Shown: positions 59,382-64,000 of the stretch, piece after piece
Layout: each line of letters opens with the position of its first letter
Position numbering within the stretch: position 1 is the stretch's first letter
From: the human T2T-CHM13v2.0 reference genome, Homo sapiens
NCBI RefSeq assembly: GCF_009914755.1
Contig: NC_060926.1
Length of the DNA: 64,000 nucleotides
Strand: one strand, 5' to 3'
Program-made: the position numbers and the translations under genes
Notes under the pieces: generated by a model
Told to the model about the DNA's origin: nothing
The model's input: only the letters and a program-made list of their open reading frames with translations
The model's database searches: none

Positions 59382-59796
59382 TGTATTAGTCAGGGTCCTC
59401 TAGAGAGACAGAACTAATAGGGAGTTTATTAAGTATTAACTTACGCAATCACAGGGTCTCACAATAGACTATCTGCAAGCTGAGGAGTAAGGAGAGACAG
59501 CCCAAGTCCCAAAACTGAAGAATTTGGATGTTCGAGGACAGGAAGCATCCAGCACGAGAGAAAGATGGAGGCTGGGAGGCTAGGCTCTTCTCACTTTTTC
59601 ATGTTTTTTCTGCCTGCTTTATATTCACTGGCAGCTGATTAGATTGTGTGCCCACCAGATTAGAGTGGATCTACCTTCCACAGACCACTGACTTAAATGT
59701 TCATGTCTCTTTTGGCAACACCCACACAGGCACACCCAGGATCAATACTTTGTACCCTTCCGTCCAATTAAGTTGACACTCAGTATTAACTATATA
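59382..59796 (-). mobile_element. MLT2A solo LTR
   Basis: Reverse-complement homolog of 4484-4895: 'tgtattagtcagggtcctctagagagacagaactaatagg...aagttgacactcagtattaac'. Confidence 0.92.
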
Positions 59797-59857
59797 TATT
59801 TATATAGCGAATACAAGTATTTAAATATATATATTTAATTTTCCAAAGCAATGGTTC

Positions 59858-60214
59858 TGTATTAGTTCATTCTCATGCTGCTAACAAAGACATATCCAAG
59901 ACTGAGTAATTTATAAAGGAAAATGGTTTAATGGACTCATGGTTCCACATGGCTGGGGAGGCCTCACAATCATGGTGGAAGATGAAGGAAGAGCAAAGGG
60001 ACGTCTTACATGGTGACAGATAAGAAAGCTTGTGCAGGGGAACTCCCATTTGTGAAACCATTAGACCTCATGACTCTTATTCACTACCATGAGAACAGTA
60101 TGGGGGAAACCACCCCCATAATTCATTTTTTTTTCCCTTGGCCCTGCCCTTGACACTTGGGGATTATCACAATTCAAGGGGAGATTTGGGTGGGGACACA
60201 GCCAGACCATATCA
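59858..60214 (-). mobile_element. THE1 (C/D-like) solo LTR
   Basis: 'tgtattagttcattctcatgctgctaacaaagacata...gatttgggtggggacacagccagaccatatca'; TSD (G/C)GTTC. Confidence 0.92.
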
Positions 60215-63029
60215 CGTTCAACCAAGGTGTTCTTCATCTGGTGCCTTTTCCATATGGGCTCTCTACCAAATGATGTATGACAAGCACAAGCGCATTTTAT
60301 CTTATCATTGCATCTTCCTCTGGGACTTTGGATATCTCCATTCAGCAGGGTAAAGAAGAAAGAGAACAGAGAATTATGCATGGGCAAGTTTTATGGTTCA
60401 GGCCTAGATAGGGTGTTTGTCAGTTCTATGAACCAGAAATCAATCATATGCCTCACTCAATGGCAATGAAGGCTGGGAAATATGTTGTAGCTGTTACTCG
60501 GGAAGAAAAGAACTGGCTTGTGAACAATTAGCCAATGCCTGCCACAAGACAGCAGCCTGGAGGTGAGTAGCCCCTACTCTTTTAATCAGTGTGTGTGGTG
60601 CCTCTTTCACCACAGTATGCACCCAGCCTGCTGAACTCATCTCAGTGGTCGGCCTGGGTGCTGTAGGCATTTAAGTGTGCAACCCTCAGGATAGGAAATG
60701 AAAAAAAGCGTGTCTAGAAGAAGTAAAGAAGGTTCTTTCTGTAAAGGGAAAATATTTAGTAAACCTTGCATTTAACAGAAAAGAATTTTGTTCTTTTTGT
60801 TCTTTTTGTTTGTTTTTTGGAGAGCACAATTCTCTCTTTTGGTCAATGGACCATACCGAGATGTAAGAGGACAAGCAATTATCTAGTTTTTAAGTCAATC
60901 TATGAATATTTAAATATTTTATAACTTCTAGCATTGCTTTTGCTGTACTTCTAAATAAAATTAAGTATTTCTGGTATTTTTATGGTACCAATATTTTTCT
61001 CATTGTAAGAGAACTCTGATTTATGGAATGTGATTTTGAATGATAAAGAGAGATTTAATACACAGTCTAGTTGTTTGACATTTTTCTCTGTAAACTTGTC
61101 AATTCCTTGATTGTTCAGACCAAGTTTACCAATGTCAGGATATAGTTAGTATTTTTTGAAAAGCCTTGTTTTTGCAGGCATAATTCTTTTAAATGTTGTA
61201 TATCTCGAGCCTGGGAACTTCTTAGAAATTTCAGATGATCTTCCTTTGTGCATTTGTTAAAGTGAAATGGATATATAATAAATATTCAGATAAGTCTTAG
61301 TAATGCAAAGGAACTTGAGACCATTAAATTTAATCTCACTTTACAATGAAGTCACTGAGGCTGCAGGAGGTAAACTCCTTTGTCCAAGTACTTAGATCTA
61401 TTTAAATTTCAGGGAATTTCTAGATTGCTTTGCAGCATAGTACCTTTATTTATGTCAAACCATCATTAAATTTTACTACAAACACTGAATTGATGATTTG
61501 GGAGATTTCATGGTGTTGTTATCAAAGAGAGGGGAGGCTTAAGGTAAGACACAGACAGACGTATTAGGAAATGTAGCACGGAACTAAATTAAGAGTGGAT
61601 ATTATAGCACAACCTTTTCCAAAATATACTAGAGGTAGATGACATTTGAAGAGGTTTTTAAGTTGTCAGAGCTTCTAAATACATGTAAAACATATCATAG
61701 TGCCTTCTCCTATTGTTCCTTAATCTATCCAGCACTGAATTATCCTATTCAGCCATTTTTCTCCCCACTGTTTCATCTAAGCTCACCCACTCTTTTCTAC
61801 CACCTGGACCCAGGGCAGAGTGAATACAAATAGGGCTACTTTCAGTGCTTTTCAGAAACGAGTTCCCCTTTTGATACTTTTGATATCTTCCTATGAAAGA
61901 AAATGTCTTTCCTGAATCCCAATTTCTTTTTTGTCAGTCTAAGACCCTCACTCTTTGTAGCCTGCATCGTTTTTGTTTTCCCACTTTCCTTCACTGAGAT
62001 AGCAACTCTGTCCTCCTATACCTGTTCATTCTCCCTATTATATAGCCCACTGCCCAGCCCTGGTTACTCTTTGTCTTACCGGTTCTAACCATCCTGATTT
62101 CTTAATGATTGACTTCCTTTCCCATAGGCATGATCTTATTTGCTCATTATATGTCTTCAGACTGCATTAAGCAGTCTAAGCCTGCACCATAGATCTAAGA
62201 TGAAAATTATTTGGCCACTAAATATGTGACTTACAGTGATCTTACATGTAAGGTTACCTGATTCTAGGAAAATGTATTGCTAATTACTATTTCACATTTT
62301 CATTTTGTTTGTATAGCAGGAATGTATGATGACTTTGATTTTTGGACAGCTAACTCTTTTATAACTCAGTTATATGAGTTCCTCCATAAAACTTCTAAAG
62401 CTTTTACCATAAGTCAAGTATATTACAAACAGCAATTTGTACTGGCCTATATAATGGGTAGGGCAACATAGCAGTATATGAGATGTCTACTATTAGCCAA
62501 ATTACCTCAGAGTTCCATTTAACTTCCAAAAATTCTTCAAAGTTTAATTCTCAGGATTTAGTTGCACCTGTGCTTAAAATTTTAACAAATTTATTATGAC
62601 AAAAACAGAAATATATACCATCAGGGAGTTAGATAAGGTTATGAAGTTGTAGACATCTAAAATTTCATTTAAAAATGTCAGATAATCTAAGATAAGCTTT
62701 GGACAAACAAATGTGCTTAGAAAATATACAAAGTCATTCTCAAAAAAATTAAAAAATAAAGTTTCACTAAGGAGACCCTTCATGATTCATACTCTGAGTT
62801 TTAGCATACCATAAAAGTTATCTTCTAACCCCTAAATTTGGTTTCACTTATAAGTTCATTGTTATCTTAAAGTATCTGACTGATATTCCAATATCTGGGC
62901 AGTCTCTGTCATCTTTCTTAACTATTTTCTTGCTTGATTCTTTTTTACCATAGATCATATTTTCTTCCACATTCACATCTCTACTGATTTTTTGTAGTGG
63001 ACCAGATATTTTTATATAAAAATAAAATG

Positions 63030-64000
63030 TAAAATAAGAGAGTAGGTAACACTTCCAAACTCAATTTATGAGGCTAGTATTACTCTGACATCAAAACAAG
63101 ACAAAAACATCATAGAAAAAGAAAACTAAAAACCAGTATCTATAATTAATAGTGATGAAGAAAAGTCCTTTACAAAATACTCTCAAACTGAATCCAGCAA
63201 CATATGAAAAGAATTATACACCATAATTAAGTGGAATCTATCCCAGGAATTCAAGGTTGGTTTAATATCCAAAAATCAATTAATATAATCCTATCTATGA
63301 AATAAAAAACAAAAATCACATGATCATCTCAACAGATGGAGAAAAAACGTTTGACAAAATGCAATACCCTTTTATGATATAAACACTCAACAACATGGAA
63401 TAGAGAGAAACTTCCTCAATCTGATAAAGGGCGTCTATCAAAAATCCACAACTAACATCACCCTGATGATAAAAGACTGAATGCTTTCACTATAAGATCA
63501 GAAACAAGGATTTCTGTTCATATCACTTCTATTTAACATTGTACTGCAGATTCTAGAGCAATTAGGCAAGATAAAGAAACAAAAGGCATCCAGATTGCAA
63601 AAGAAGAAGCAGAACTATTTCTATTCACAGATGACATTATCTTGTATATAAAATATCCTTAGGAACCAACCAAAAAGCCATTATAACTAATAAGCACAAG
63701 TTTATGGGATATTAGACAAATATTTTTAAAATTAATTTTATTTCTAAAAATTTGTAATGAACAATTCAAAAATGAAATTAAGAAAATAATTCCATTATAA
63801 TAGCTTCAAAAATAATAAAATTTTTAGGACTAAATTTTTACAAAGAAGTACCAAACTTATACTCTGAAAACTGAAACACATTATTGAAAGAAATTAAATA
63901 TCTAAATTAATAGAATAAATCCCAGGTTTCTGTACTGAAGTTATTAGATTGTTAGGATGTCCAGTATTTTCCCAAACTGATATACAGATTCAATGCTATC
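63030..64000 (+). mobile_element. Old L1M ORF2 (RT region) fragment, continuing past the window end
   Basis: 'acttccaaactcaatttatgaggctagtattactctga', 'cacttctatttaacattgtactg', 'ctattcacagatgacattatcttgtat' (FADD-motif region). Confidence 0.85.

Larger units (their letters stand above)
59290..60546 (-). mobile_element. Old MLT1 (J/K-like) LTR, interrupted
   Basis: 'aaattttcagtggcttgacac' on the left; 'gaaggctgggaaatatgttgtagctg...ggaagaaaagaactgg...gtgaacaattagccaatgcctgccaca' on the right. Confidence 0.6.
59115..60690. mobile_element. MER102-like hAT-Charlie element split by nested LTRs
   Basis: Left part 'gggaaatttcacat...tcttgaaaa' (59197-59241); right part 'tggaggtgagtagc...tgtaggcatttaagtgtgcaaccctc' (60559-60687). 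Confidence 0.55.

Overview
This is AT-rich, repeat-dense primate genomic DNA (human-like: AluY/S/J, L1PA2, THE1, HERV-L), probably intronic or intergenic. I can support no intact cellular protein-coding gene, RNA gene or CRISPR array. Almost all ORFs in the track come from Alu, L1, ERV-L/MaLR or microsatellites. Main elements: an internally deleted HERV-L provirus with two MLT2A LTRs (4484-7679); a much older ERV-L pol relic with an LTR33-like LTR (about 11.8-14.6 kb); a 5'-inverted L1PA2 with a short 3' transduction (27855-30920); a THE1 element lacking its 5' LTR and carrying an inverted templated insertion (32357-34336); and a long old L1MA with nested insertions, including an internally deleted L1PA7/8-type element with a ~700 bp 3' transduction (43180-45898). 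There is also a multi-layer MER102/MLT1/MLT2A/THE1 nest (59.1-60.7 kb). Repeat-poor islands (about 14.6-17.8, 26.4-27.8 and 53.2-56.8 kb) hold weak candidate exons and a perfect oestrogen-response element beside AP-1 and FOXA motifs. I found no convincing new biological system. The best findings are retrotransposition and DNA-repair footprints readable directly from the sequence. Subfamily names come from recalled consensus sequences, not from a database search.
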